DNA of 64,000 nt from Bacteroidota bacterium (GTDB lineage Bacteria > Bacteroidota > Bacteroidia > Bacteroidales > UBA12077). The DNA is taken from contig JAXHVS010000085.1 in assembly GCA_034189025.1 (NCBI GenBank), positions 893-64,892 on the forward strand, written 5' to 3'. How positions within the stretch are numbered: position 1 is the first letter of the stretch; the number at the start of each line of letters is the position of its first letter. Shown piece after piece: positions 1 through 9,460 of the stretch. The notes beneath the pieces were generated by a model. That model made no database searches. It saw only the letters and a program-made list of their open reading frames with translations, and was not told the origin of the DNA. Both the position numbers and the translations under genes were made by a program.

Positions 1-1078
1 TATTAAGTTCAATAGATGGTTTCATTTCTTTAAATAAAGCCTCCCAATCTTCTTTTGTTGGGAGTTTCCATCCGGCAGGGCAACGGCCATCAACCTCTGT
101 ATATTGATAGCTGCCCATAATATCTTTTCTCATCCAAATATTATCAGCCCTGTAAATCCATTCCATCTCTTCTCCCGAAAAAGGATGATTTACCATACCC
201 ATAGTAGGTTGGATATTAATAGATGCTTCAATTTGTTGCGATATTTTATCGGTAAATGTTGCGTTTTGTACGCATCGTACACTTAATTTTTCTTTTTTGT
301 CGCGTAGTTCTTTACTGATTTTATTTTCATTGATTCGGATAATTCGCGCTAAATATTTGTCGGAATAACCCAAATGAAGCATTGAGCTACCGGTACTTGT
401 CCAAAAAGCAATAGCATGCTGATTAGGGTATAAAGTGGCTTCATAATTGCATGTTGTGAGAGAGAAACCTGAGTTTTTTAATTCTTCTAAATTAATTTCG
501 CGCAATCCGTGTTCTTTAGCTTTTGCTGTACGTATGCCAAAATAAGTTTCCAGTTCCATCCATTCTTCGTCCGATGGCAGGTGCCAGTTATCGGGACATG
601 CATTTCTTGCCTCATAGTTTGTATAATAATTGCCACATGGATTATCGGTAGCTTTTGAACCTAAATTTTGAGTCATCCATCGGGTTTGTCCTATTCTTGT
701 CCATGAATAGTTATCTCCTTTTGGGCCGGTTAAACTGCCATTTTTTTGCTGATCAACATTTTCAAAAGATGCAACAACTTTAAAGTATAGTTTGGGTTGT
801 ATATTTTCCAGGTGATCTACCCAAACCACAATCTTCTTATTGGTACCGGGAACAATGCTGTCGCCAGTCTCTCCGTAAGCTTTTTCTACTTTCTCCCAAC
901 GATTGTTGTCATCCGAAAAGAAAAGATTAATGCTGTAAAGATTACTTTTTGTTCCACTGGTTAAATCATACGAAAAAACAAGCTCGCCACCATTTTGTGA
1001 CATCTTAAGATTTTCAATTTTCTGTGCTTCAACAGTCAGGAAAAAGAAACTTAGTAAAGAAAGTAAAAGGTATCTCAT
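1..1078 (-). CDS. FISUMP-domain secreted protein, 3' end lies beyond the window
   Basis: Absent from the ORF track because there is no stop inside the window. My minus-strand translation from ATG 1078-1076 stays open to position 1: MRYLLLSLLSFFFLTVEAQKIENLKMSQNGGELVFSYDLTSGTKSNLYSINLFFSDDNNRWEKVEKAYGETGDSIVPGTNKKIVVWVDHL... It has a signal peptide, then WTRIGQTRWMTQNL, NACPDNWHLPSDEEWMELE and LSVRCVQN. A second CPAGWKLPTKEDWEALF copy follows. These resemble the Fibrobacter succinogenes major paralogous domain (TIGR02145 type). Confidence 0.7.
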   Translation of the reverse strand, partial: MRYLLLSLLSFFFLTVEAQKIENLKMSQNGGELVFSYDLTSGTKSNLYSINLFFSDDNNRWEKVEKAYGETGDSIVPGTNKKIVVWVDHLENIQPKLYFKVVASFENVDQQKNGSLTGPKGDNYSWTRIGQTRWMTQNLGSKATDNPCGNYYTNYEARNACPDNWHLPSDEEWMELETYFGIRTAKAKEHGLREINLEELKNSGFSLTTCNYEATLYPNQHAIAFWTSTGSSMLHLGYSDKYLARIIRINENKISKELRDKKEKLSVRCVQNATFTDKISQQIEASINIQPTMGMVNHPFSGEEMEWIYRADNIWMRKDIMGSYQYTEVDGRCPAGWKLPTKEDWEALFKEMKPSIELN

Positions 1079-1316
1079 AGTTTTTTATTTTTTTTAGTAA
1101 AGATAAAGATATTATTTTGAATGTATAATTCAAAAAAGAATTTTGACAGATAAAGATTATCCTTATATTTAATAAATTTAATTTATTTTTGATTTACATG
1201 ATTATTCAAAAAATTTATATGATAAGGTTTCTGAATCGTTTTAACGGATTATAACCCTTTCTGCTTGCTTCCTCTTGTTTTATTTCAATTGATTATTAAC
1301 CAAAAATTATTAAACG

Positions 1317-2450
1317 ATGAAAAATATTGTAATCCTTGGTGCTGGCATGGTAGGAAAAGCCATAGCTATAGACCTGTCAAAAAAGTATAACGTTAAATCG
1401 ATAGATATAGATTGTGATGCCTTACATTTTTTAGCCTCAAATTATTCTATCGAAACAGAATATATGGATGTTTCTGATAGAAAAAAATTGGAACAAGCCA
1501 TAAAAGATTGTGATTTAGTTATTTCGGCTGTTCCTGGTTTTTTAGGTTACCAAACGATGAAAATAGTCATACAGAGTCGTAAAAACCTGGTAGATATATC
1601 ATTTTTACCTGAAGATGTGCTTGATTTGGATCAATTGGCTAAAGAGAATAATGTTACAGTAATTATGGACTGTGGCGTAGCACCTGGAATGCCCAATATT
1701 ATTGCCGGATATCATAATGAACAAATGACCATTGAAAGTTTTGAGTATATGGTAGGGGGATTACCCAAAGTGCGTAGTTTCCCTTTTGAGTATAAGGCAC
1801 CATTTTCACCCTGTGATGTGATGGAAGAGTATACACGCCCTGCCAGATATGTAGAGAATGGAAAAATGGTTACAAAACCGGCAATGAGTGATATTGAATT
1901 AATAGAATTTGAAAATGTAGGAACGCTGGAGGCATTTAACTCTGATGGGTTACGGTCATTGATCTATACCTTAAATAATATCCCTGACATGAAAGAGAAA
2001 ACGTTGCGTTTTCCCGGGCATATCCAGATGATACAAGCGCTTAAAGCAGCGGGTTTTTTTAACCAAAAACCCTTAAAAATTAAAGGAAAGGAAGTGATTC
2101 CTTTTGATTTTACTTCTGAAATACTTTATAATGCCTGGAAACTTAATCCCGATGATGAGGAGTTTACTGTGATGAAGGTAATGCTCAAAGGATCGGTAGA
2201 AGGAAAAGCAAAAACCATTGTTTATGATCTATATGACGAATACGATCAGAAAGAAAAAATATCTTCGATGGCCAGAACCACAGGCTATACAGCTACAGCT
2301 GCTGCCGATATGATATTAAACGGAGTGTTTTCTAAAAAAGGGATGTTTCCTCCTGAGCTTATCGGAAAATATCCAGAATGTTATCATTATATCCTGAATT
2401 ATTTAAACGATCGAAAGGTTATCTATAAAAAAACAGAAAAGCCCGAATAA
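1317..2450 (+). CDS. saccharopine dehydrogenase family NAD(P)-binding oxidoreductase
   Basis: 377 aa. N-terminal Rossmann motif IVILGAGMVGKAIAIDL. Length and the C-terminal region (ARTTGYTATAAA) are typical of the saccharopine dehydrogenase family. Substrate not assignable. Confidence 0.7.
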   Translation: MKNIVILGAGMVGKAIAIDLSKKYNVKSIDIDCDALHFLASNYSIETEYMDVSDRKKLEQAIKDCDLVISAVPGFLGYQTMKIVIQSRKNLVDISFLPEDVLDLDQLAKENNVTVIMDCGVAPGMPNIIAGYHNEQMTIESFEYMVGGLPKVRSFPFEYKAPFSPCDVMEEYTRPARYVENGKMVTKPAMSDIELIEFENVGTLEAFNSDGLRSLIYTLNNIPDMKEKTLRFPGHIQMIQALKAAGFFNQKPLKIKGKEVIPFDFTSEILYNAWKLNPDDEEFTVMKVMLKGSVEGKAKTIVYDLYDEYDQKEKISSMARTTGYTATAAADMILNGVFSKKGMFPPELIGKYPECYHYILNYLNDRKVIYKKTEKPE

Positions 2451-2636
2451 ACCATGCCGAAGATATTCATGTTGTTAAATATTAATCTATTTTTATCATT
2501 AAACTTTGAAAGTTAAATAGAATCATATATTTTCGAAAACTTTAATGATTTGTATATTTATAATTGTAAATAATTGAAATTGTGAATTTTAAAATTGAAG
2601 AATAAAAGATTTTTTAACCTTTTATAAACAATAATA

Positions 2637-4148
2637 ATGAAAAAAAGCCCAGTACAGATTTTTTTAAACGGAGTTGAACGGGTAGGGAATATGCTTCCAC
2701 ATCCGGCCTCTTTATTCGGACTTTTTGCTTTAGCTGTTTTAGTTTTATCGGCGGTATTTTCTTTTATTGGATTGTCTGCTGTACATCCCGGAACCGGCGA
2801 GGAATACCAGGTTATTAACTTATTATCGCGTGACGGCCTTCATATGATTTTAACCGAGATGGTTAATAATTTCACCAGTTTTGCACCTTTAGGAATTGTA
2901 CTTGTAGCTATGCTGGGTATTGGTTTGGCCGAAAATTCAGGATTAATTGCCGTGGTGATAAGAAGTTTGGTTCTTTATTCGCCCGAACGATTGTTAACTT
3001 TCATAATTGTTTTTGCCGGTATATTGTCCAACTTGGCATCCAGTGTAGGATATGTTCTATTGGTTCCCTTAGCAGGTACCATTTTTATGGCTGTGGGCCG
3101 TAACCCGATTGCGGGTTTAGCTGCAGGTTTTGCAGGTGTTTCTGGGGGATATTCAGCAAACTTAATTTTAGGAACGATTGACCCTTTACTGGCAGGGTTG
3201 TCTCAGGAAGCAGCCCATTTAGTAGATAAGGCATACCATGTTAATCCTACAGCCAACTACTTTTTTATGTTTGCCTCTACTTTTTTAATTGCCTTTTTAG
3301 GTACCTGGGTAACAGAAAAAATAATTATACCGAGATTAGGTAAATATAATAACGACAATAAGGTAGAACAAGAAGAAATAAGCCGGTTAACTCCAATAGA
3401 AAAGAAAGGAATAAAAAAATCATTGTGGGTATTGGTAGGTTTTATGGTATTATTAATGATAGGCTTAATTCCTGAAAATGGCGTATTAAGAGGTACTGAT
3501 GGCTCGTTATTGAGATCACCGGTATTAAAAGGAGTTGTTGCTTTGCTGTTTTTAGTTGCCGGGTTAATGGGTGTAGTGTATGGAGTGGTAACAGGGAAAT
3601 ATAAAAGCGATGCGGATGTAATGAAAGGGATGGCTGAATCGATGAAATCGATGGCTGCCTATATTGTGCTGGTATTTTTTGCTGCACAGTTTGTTGAATA
3701 TTTTAACTCAAGCAATCTGGGAATAATAATTGCTATTAAGGGTGCTCATGCCATAGAAAGCCTGAATTTAGGTTTAATTCCACTGGTCATAATGTTTGTT
3801 ATTTTCTCAGGACTTATTAATTTGGTGATGGGAAGTGCCTCTGCTAAATGGGCGCTATTAGCCCCAATTTTTATCCCTTTATTTATGTTCTTGGGATATA
3901 CACCAGAGTTAACTCAAGTTGTTTATCGCATTGGCGATAGTGTTACCAATATGATCTCACCTATGATGAGTTTCTTTGCTTTAATTATTGTTTACTTTCA
4001 AAAGTATGATGAAAAAGCAGGTATCGGGACCATTGTAGCTACTATGTTACCCTATTCGGTTATTTTCTTTATAGGATGGGTTGTTTTATTAATTGCGTGG
4101 TTACTTATTGGTTTGCCACTGGGTCCAGGCGCAGGAGTCCATTTGTAA
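2637..4148 (+). CDS. AbgT family (p-aminobenzoyl-glutamate type) transporter
   Basis: 503 aa polytopic membrane protein. The N-terminus FLNGVERVGNMLPHPASLFGLFALAV and overall length match the AbgT/MtrF family. Confidence 0.75.
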   Translation: MKKSPVQIFLNGVERVGNMLPHPASLFGLFALAVLVLSAVFSFIGLSAVHPGTGEEYQVINLLSRDGLHMILTEMVNNFTSFAPLGIVLVAMLGIGLAENSGLIAVVIRSLVLYSPERLLTFIIVFAGILSNLASSVGYVLLVPLAGTIFMAVGRNPIAGLAAGFAGVSGGYSANLILGTIDPLLAGLSQEAAHLVDKAYHVNPTANYFFMFASTFLIAFLGTWVTEKIIIPRLGKYNNDNKVEQEEISRLTPIEKKGIKKSLWVLVGFMVLLMIGLIPENGVLRGTDGSLLRSPVLKGVVALLFLVAGLMGVVYGVVTGKYKSDADVMKGMAESMKSMAAYIVLVFFAAQFVEYFNSSNLGIIIAIKGAHAIESLNLGLIPLVIMFVIFSGLINLVMGSASAKWALLAPIFIPLFMFLGYTPELTQVVYRIGDSVTNMISPMMSFFALIIVYFQKYDEKAGIGTIVATMLPYSVIFFIGWVVLLIAWLLIGLPLGPGAGVHL

Positions 4149-4170
4149 TAATATAATTGTGTGAAAAATA

Positions 4171-4207
4171 AAATGGTATTGGCACGTAACTGATACCATT
4201 TTTTTAT
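4171..4207 (+). terminator. rho-independent terminator after the AbgT gene
   Basis: Stem aaatggtat (4171-4179) pairs with ataccattt (4193-4201). The loop is 13 nt and the stem runs directly into a T-run. Confidence 0.6.
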
Positions 4208-4273
4208 TTTAATTTGTTCTGATTTTTTGTTATTTAATATTGTTTTACGATTTTTACTAAAAAATCAAAAATA

Positions 4274-4939
4274 TTGTCCAAAAAGGAAAACCAACGTTAT
4301 ACCAAAAAAGAAGAAATAGCACATTCTATATCCCATGGTGTGGTTGCTGTTTTTGCAATAATAGCATTGGTACTAATGGCAGTTGCTTCGGCTAAGCATG
4401 GTACGGTTTGGCATTTAGTTAGTTATGTTATTTATGGTTCGTTTTTGGTTATGCTTTATCTCTCATCCACTCTAAATCATTTATTGCCACTAGGGTCCAA
4501 GGCGAAAGATTTTTTCCATAATTTTGATCAACTAGCAATTTTTCTTTTTATTGCTGCCACATATACACCCATTGCTTTGGTTGTAATTCGAAACGATTGG
4601 GGTTGGGTAATGTTTGGAATTGAATGGGGATTAGCTCTTACCGGAGTAATTTTAAAAATTTTTATTCCCAATAAATTCGAGAAGGGAGTTAACCTTTTTT
4701 ATGTAATTTCTTATGTTATTATGGGGTGGTTATTGCTATTATTTTTAATTCCAATATATAATAATATGCATCCCATGGGCATAGCTTTTATTTTTATTGG
4801 TGGCGGATGTTATACGTTGGGTGTTGTGTTTTTTAAATTAGAAAAAATAAAATATAGTCATTTAATTTGGCATTTACTGGTTATTGCTGGTAGTGTTTGC
4901 CACTGGATTGCCATATTTGCATTTACGCTTAACAGGTAA
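4274..4939 (+). CDS. hemolysin III / PAQR family membrane protein
   Basis: 221 aa with about 7 TM segments. His-containing motifs EEIAHSISHG, LNHLLP and HLIWHLLV are typical of the hemolysin III (YqfA) family. TTG start at 4274. Confidence 0.75.
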   Translation: MSKKENQRYTKKEEIAHSISHGVVAVFAIIALVLMAVASAKHGTVWHLVSYVIYGSFLVMLYLSSTLNHLLPLGSKAKDFFHNFDQLAIFLFIAATYTPIALVVIRNDWGWVMFGIEWGLALTGVILKIFIPNKFEKGVNLFYVISYVIMGWLLLLFLIPIYNNMHPMGIAFIFIGGGCYTLGVVFFKLEKIKYSHLIWHLLVIAGSVCHWIAIFAFTLNR

Positions 4940-4954
4940 ACAGAATCTATAATT

Positions 4955-5599
4955 ATGAGAAACATCTTTTTTTGTTTTGTGCTGATTAAATTATTAGCCT
5001 TATCTTATTGTTTTTCTTTTGCTCAGGAATTAAAAAAAGAAAGCAATTTATATAAAATTTATGTAGTAAAATATGATTGGCACACAGGTGTTATTTTTGA
5101 AAGGAATGCTGCTGTGAAATTTTTTCCAGCCTTACAAGATGATTACAATGACTTTAAATTTATAGAAATAGGATGGGGAGATAAAGATTTTTATATGGCC
5201 GAAAAGGAAACTTTTTGGATAACATTTAAAGCAGGAATGTTACCTACAAAATCGGTTTTACATGTTACAGCATTGATGAATAACCCGGAAAAACATTATA
5301 AAGGTTTGGAAATGGTTATTATTAACCTGCGTAAAGATGATTTTAAAAATTTAATTCAATATTTCAATAAAAGTTTTGCCTTAGATACAAATAAGAATAA
5401 TATAAAACTGAAAGATGGGTTAAAGGAAAATAGTTTGTTTTATCTGTCTAAAGAAAAATACCATATTTTTAAAACGTGTAATGCATGGATTGCCAGAGGG
5501 CTTAAAAGAGCAGGCGTTCCTGTCCATCCGTTCTATGCCTTAACTTCAAAAAATATAATGAAACAATTGAAAAAGGTAGATGAGTACGAACGTTATTGA
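4955..5599 (+). CDS. DUF2459 / TIGR02117-like conserved hypothetical protein
   Basis: 214 aa with a signal or anchor segment. YVVKYDWHTGVIF and IEIGWGDKDFY resemble the conserved blocks of that family. Recalled from memory, not searched. Confidence 0.5.
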   Translation: MRNIFFCFVLIKLLALSYCFSFAQELKKESNLYKIYVVKYDWHTGVIFERNAAVKFFPALQDDYNDFKFIEIGWGDKDFYMAEKETFWITFKAGMLPTKSVLHVTALMNNPEKHYKGLEMVIINLRKDDFKNLIQYFNKSFALDTNKNNIKLKDGLKENSLFYLSKEKYHIFKTCNAWIARGLKRAGVPVHPFYALTSKNIMKQLKKVDEYERY

Positions 5600-5673
5600 A
5601 TTAGCATTAAATAAACCATATAAGCTATATAAAATATAAAAAGCAAAAGGCATTCCCATCGGCCTAATCTTGG

Positions 5674-6006
5674 TTAATTGTTAATTTTTATAAATACACT
5701 ATTTAAAAATACGAAAATAACTAAGATCATAGCAATATATAAATGAGGTTCCCTTAAAATGTATGTTATTGCAATTGTAAAAACGGTGGCTATAAAATTT
5801 AGTATAATAGCAATATTAAAAATACTAATAATTTTAACTTTTATGGAAGCTAAATTATATAATCCCATAAAAATGTACGAGAGGCCTGTTCCTAAATACC
5901 ATAATGAATCGGCATTTAATGTATGATAAAAAAAGGGAGTAATTAATGCATGAGTGGTTCCCAGAATAATAAGTATAAAAGAGGCTATCTTATATGATTT
6001 TTCCAT
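5674..6006 (-). CDS. small 4-TM membrane protein, unknown function
   Basis: The ORF track gives 5674-6066. The internal Met (MEKSYKIASFILIILG, start 6006) looks the more plausible start. The protein is hydrophobic throughout. Confidence 0.4.
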   Translation of the reverse strand: MEKSYKIASFILIILGTTHALITPFFYHTLNADSLWYLGTGLSYIFMGLYNLASIKVKIISIFNIAIILNFIATVFTIAITYILREPHLYIAMILVIFVFLNSVFIKINN

Positions 6007-6080
6007 AATCAAATAAATTAAATTTATGCAACTATAACGGTACAATTTATGTATACAAAAATACATACAAAATAGCCATA

Positions 6081-7013
6081 ATGAAAAAAGTAATCTTTGT
6101 AATTAGTAGTATTCTTCTTTTATTATCTATTTCTTGCCGAAAAGCAAATGAAGTAAAGGAGTGGTTTCAGGAACCGCCGGTAACTCCCGTTACACAAACT
6201 ATAAAAACAGTAATTCCGGTTGGTTATGCAGCAGAAGTAGCTATTTTAACCTTAAAGGGATATGATGTTCCCAACACCAAAATGTTAAAATCAAAAAATT
6301 CAACCCTAATTTATATCGATACTAGTGTCGATTATCCTTATAAATTTAAAGGAGATAATTATGGCCAAATGGTTGTTGCAGCTCTGCAAACCGAAGAAAA
6401 TACCGCCCTAATTTCTGTTTTCTTTACCGATATGGGTATTGTAAACGGCAGTTTTAAACTATTAAATGTAATTGCTTTTCCGGTAGTATTTACCGAAGAG
6501 AAAATTACAGCCGTTTATGTTACTATGGATATTAACTTGGGATCTAATACAAACATAGGTATAGATTTAACGGAGGACGAAATAACCAGTAAATTACTAA
6601 AACTGGAAAATGAACGAACAGAAAACTATGAAGTTGCCATAGCACAAAATGCGTGGATTATTGATATTTATCATCAGGGTACTTATGAAAATTTAGTGGA
6701 TGATCGGTTTAAAATATTTGGCGGACAACAGGCTGTTGCTGTTGAAAATTACGAAACAGAATCATCTGTAGGTGCTTTGCAAATGGCGATGATTGATACC
6801 GACTTCTCTGTCAATTGCCTTAAAAATCCAACCCATGGACATGTTTTTTTACAAGATGTAGAAGTATCTTCAACAGCCAATGATAATGATATTGTTTTCG
6901 GTCATGTATTGTATGAATTTCATCCCAATTGCGATGGAGAAATTTTAGTAAATGCAGCTACTGGAAACTTCGTTTTTGCAATTAGTGATGAGTTGGATTT
7001 GGGGTTAAATTAA
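6081..7013 (+). CDS. lipoprotein, unknown function
   Basis: 310 aa. Signal peptide with lipobox LLLSISC. No recognisable catalytic motif. Confidence 0.5.
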   Translation: MKKVIFVISSILLLLSISCRKANEVKEWFQEPPVTPVTQTIKTVIPVGYAAEVAILTLKGYDVPNTKMLKSKNSTLIYIDTSVDYPYKFKGDNYGQMVVAALQTEENTALISVFFTDMGIVNGSFKLLNVIAFPVVFTEEKITAVYVTMDINLGSNTNIGIDLTEDEITSKLLKLENERTENYEVAIAQNAWIIDIYHQGTYENLVDDRFKIFGGQQAVAVENYETESSVGALQMAMIDTDFSVNCLKNPTHGHVFLQDVEVSSTANDNDIVFGHVLYEFHPNCDGEILVNAATGNFVFAISDELDLGLN

Positions 7014-7098
7014 AAGAGCCTGCCCCAATGTTTAAAAATAATTAATTGATCATCTTTTAATATTTTTAGATGAGGCTCTTTCCTTAAATAAATAGTTA

Positions 7099-7662
7099 CT
7101 ATTCGGTGATAATCTTTACTTCTAAGGTAAAATCATCATAAATCATATTATCGCCCAGATTATCGAAAAATTTTCCAGATCCATAACGAACATTATATTT
7201 TGTCCGGTCTACAGTAATATCTGCTTTATAACCATTTACTAATTGCTCAGCTTTAAACGATATTGGATGTGTTATACCTTTGATGGTTAAATCCGCTTTT
7301 ATTTCTGCAAAACCATTTTTAAAAGGGGTTGATTCTTTAATTTCTAATGTTGCAACAGGATATTTATCCACACTGAAAAAATCATCCGATTTTAAATGGC
7401 CAATTAATTGAGCATTGGTTTTTTCATTCTCAAGATCCTGGTTATCCATACTTTCCATGTCAATTTTAAATACACCTGATTGAATTTTATCGTTTTTAAC
7501 TGAAAGAGAGGCATCTTTTAACTGAATATACCCCCAATGTTCACCGGTTACTTTTTTCCCGGTCCATTTAAGTTCCGATAAATCGGTATTTACCGATATC
7601 TCTTGTGCAAAAGCAAAAATGCTTATGAGCATTGTTCCTATAAGTATTCCTAATCTTTTCAT
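7099..7662 (-). CDS. YceI family periplasmic protein
   Basis: 187 aa with a signal peptide. ELKWTGKKVTGEHWGYI and LTIKGITHPISF match the YceI-like lipid/polyisoprenoid-binding fold family. Confidence 0.75.
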   Translation of the reverse strand: MKRLGILIGTMLISIFAFAQEISVNTDLSELKWTGKKVTGEHWGYIQLKDASLSVKNDKIQSGVFKIDMESMDNQDLENEKTNAQLIGHLKSDDFFSVDKYPVATLEIKESTPFKNGFAEIKADLTIKGITHPISFKAEQLVNGYKADITVDRTKYNVRYGSGKFFDNLGDNMIYDDFTLEVKIITE

Positions 7663-7749
7663 AATAATTCCTCTCTTTTTGTTTAATATTTGTTTGTTAG
7701 TTAAAACATTTTAGTAAACAAAAATGTTCAAATATTTATTTAACAGTTG

Positions 7750-8520
7750 TTAATGAATATCTTTTGAAAGAATTGGGTCATTTAATATATGAAGTGAACC
7801 TTTATAAAAAAACAGGGCACTAACGGTCATAAAAGTATGGCTAATATCAAAATGATTAAACCATGGGCCAATTCCCCACTGGTTCATAAAAAATAATGCT
7901 CCTATAGCAGAAAACCCAACTGCAATAAGGAAAATTTTGCTTCCTTTAGCTTTCGTTTTTATATATACAAAGAGATTAAAGCTGGCAACAATTACTAATA
8001 ATCCGTAAGCCGAATGGATTTCAACAAAAAAGAAATTAAGGGTAAGAAAGGTAAGCATTACAAATGTTGTAAGCTCAATAATATTCAGCCAGGCAAAAAA
8101 TGTTCCCACACCCTTTTTTAATAAAGGGCGGGCATATTCAATTGCGGCTCTTTCTACCAGCATAATGGAAAACATACTGGTAAGCCATCCGGGCAATTTC
8201 CATGGATTGGCTACTGTTTTCAATAAATCTTTCCTGAAAAATTTACTTATAAAATTTACCATATTTTCGGGCAAATGCCATTCTGTATCAAAAAGATACA
8301 AGAAGCCATGGCCCACAATACCTCCAATAGCTGTGGCAATACCCATGCTTAAAAAATAATAGCGCAAATACAAATGCACCTTATTTCGGACAGCAATTTT
8401 GTTTAATCTGTAAAAAGCATAAAAGCAAACGAATGAAACAAATAAATCGGTAAGCATAGTTACCGGCTCATCAATTCGTATATTTTGAATAAAAATCGAA
8501 GGTTGTTCAAACTGCATCAT
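7750..8520 (-). CDS. polytopic membrane protein, unknown function
   Basis: 256 aa with about 7 hydrophobic segments. No motif recognised. Confidence 0.5.
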   Translation of the reverse strand: MMQFEQPSIFIQNIRIDEPVTMLTDLFVSFVCFYAFYRLNKIAVRNKVHLYLRYYFLSMGIATAIGGIVGHGFLYLFDTEWHLPENMVNFISKFFRKDLLKTVANPWKLPGWLTSMFSIMLVERAAIEYARPLLKKGVGTFFAWLNIIELTTFVMLTFLTLNFFFVEIHSAYGLLVIVASFNLFVYIKTKAKGSKIFLIAVGFSAIGALFFMNQWGIGPWFNHFDISHTFMTVSALFFYKGSLHILNDPILSKDIH

Positions 8521-8587
8521 ATCAAAATCTAAGATAGTGTAGTATTTTTACATATTCAATTTTTTGATAAAAAAACAGTTAATTAAT

Positions 8588-8595
8588 TATATTTG
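8588..8595 (+). promoter_or_regulatory. Bacteroidota-type -7 promoter element (TAnnTTTG)
   Basis: TATATTTG lies 24 nt upstream of the TTG start at 8619. Confidence 0.35.
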
Positions 8596-8618
8596 CTATT
8601 CATTAAAAAGTTAACGTT

Positions 8619-9269
8619 TTGAAAAAACATTTTATAATTCTTTTGCTGTTGTTTGTATCTACATCTCCTTTTGCTCAGAATAAAGATTTTGAGCCTGTTG
8701 CTCAATTTGGAATTAGGCAGGGAATCAATTATTCAAGTGTTCTTTTTTCACCCGGAATAAATCAGGGAATAAAACTTGGGTATACCGGCGGATTTGTATT
8801 TAAATACAGTAATGAAAAAAATTTAGCCTTACAAATAGAGCTTAATTTTTCGCAAAAAGGGTGGTTAGAAGATTTAGATACTCTTCCTAATTCTTATCAA
8901 AGAAACCTTGATTATATTGAACTGCCTTTCTTAACCCATATTTATTTCGGAAAACGAAATGTGAAATTTTATGTAAATATTGGCCCTTCGGTTGGGTATT
9001 TAATCAATGATCAAATTAAATCAGAGATTAATAATGAACTATACAACAGAGAATATTATGAACTTGAAATTGATAATAAATTTGATTTTAATGTCCTTGC
9101 CGGATTAGGTTTAATCATTGATACTGAGATTGGATCGTTTCAAACCGGATTTAGGTATGCCATGACTTTAACCGACATTTTTAAATATACTTCTGATAGT
9201 ATTTTTGAAAATTCTCAAAATCAAGTAATTGCTTTTTCTTTGACTTATTATTTTTTAGATAACCGGTAA
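8619..9269 (+). CDS. outer-membrane beta-barrel protein (PorT/OmpA-like barrel family)
   Basis: 216 aa with signal peptide ...SPFAQ. Alternating aromatic and hydrophobic strands. C-terminal ...IAFSLTYYF is typical of small OM barrels. Confidence 0.55.
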   Translation: MKKHFIILLLLFVSTSPFAQNKDFEPVAQFGIRQGINYSSVLFSPGINQGIKLGYTGGFVFKYSNEKNLALQIELNFSQKGWLEDLDTLPNSYQRNLDYIELPFLTHIYFGKRNVKFYVNIGPSVGYLINDQIKSEINNELYNREYYELEIDNKFDFNVLAGLGLIIDTEIGSFQTGFRYAMTLTDIFKYTSDSIFENSQNQVIAFSLTYYFLDNR

Positions 9270-9426
9270 AAAATTAACGATAGGTTGAATTACTTTATTC
9301 TACTTAAAATGTTTCAATTTTTTATTAGTCATTCTTAAACTACTTTAACATTTTTTAACACAAAAAACATGTATCATTGCGCTATTAAACAGAAAGCAGA
9401 AGTATAATTATTTATTTTTTTAGAAG

Positions 9427-9434
9427 TATTTTTG
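9427..9434 (+). promoter_or_regulatory. Bacteroidota-type -7 promoter element for the Bat operon
   Basis: TATTTTTG lies 26 nt upstream of the moxR ATG at 9461. Confidence 0.4.
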
Positions 9435-9460
9435 TGTATCTTTTCAAAAATTAACAAACT

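Noticed and set aside
104-286. 60-aa plus-strand ORF from the track
   Set aside because: It lies antisense inside the well-supported FISUMP gene and has no motif. It is most likely a chance ORF.
940-970. Apparent frameshift or premature stop splitting the FISUMP gene into a signal-peptide ORF and a body ORF
   Set aside because: This was my own one-base misreading at a line boundary. Re-reading 901-1020 gives a continuous frame (...LVFSYDLTSGTKSNLYSINLFFSDDNNRWEKV...), so the gene is intact.
1157-1166. The 10-mer TTATCCTTAT recurs at 37593-37602 in the dnaA-upstream spacer, a possible shared DnaA-box-like site
   Set aside because: About 0.5 chance occurrences of such an AT-rich 10-mer are expected in 2 x 64 kb at this composition, so the recurrence is not significant.
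7013-7081. Inverted repeat aaagagcc / ggctcttt between the convergent lipoprotein and yceI genes
   Set aside because: The stem is 8 bp with a loop of about 53 nt and no adjacent T-run. That is too weak to call a terminator or a structured element.
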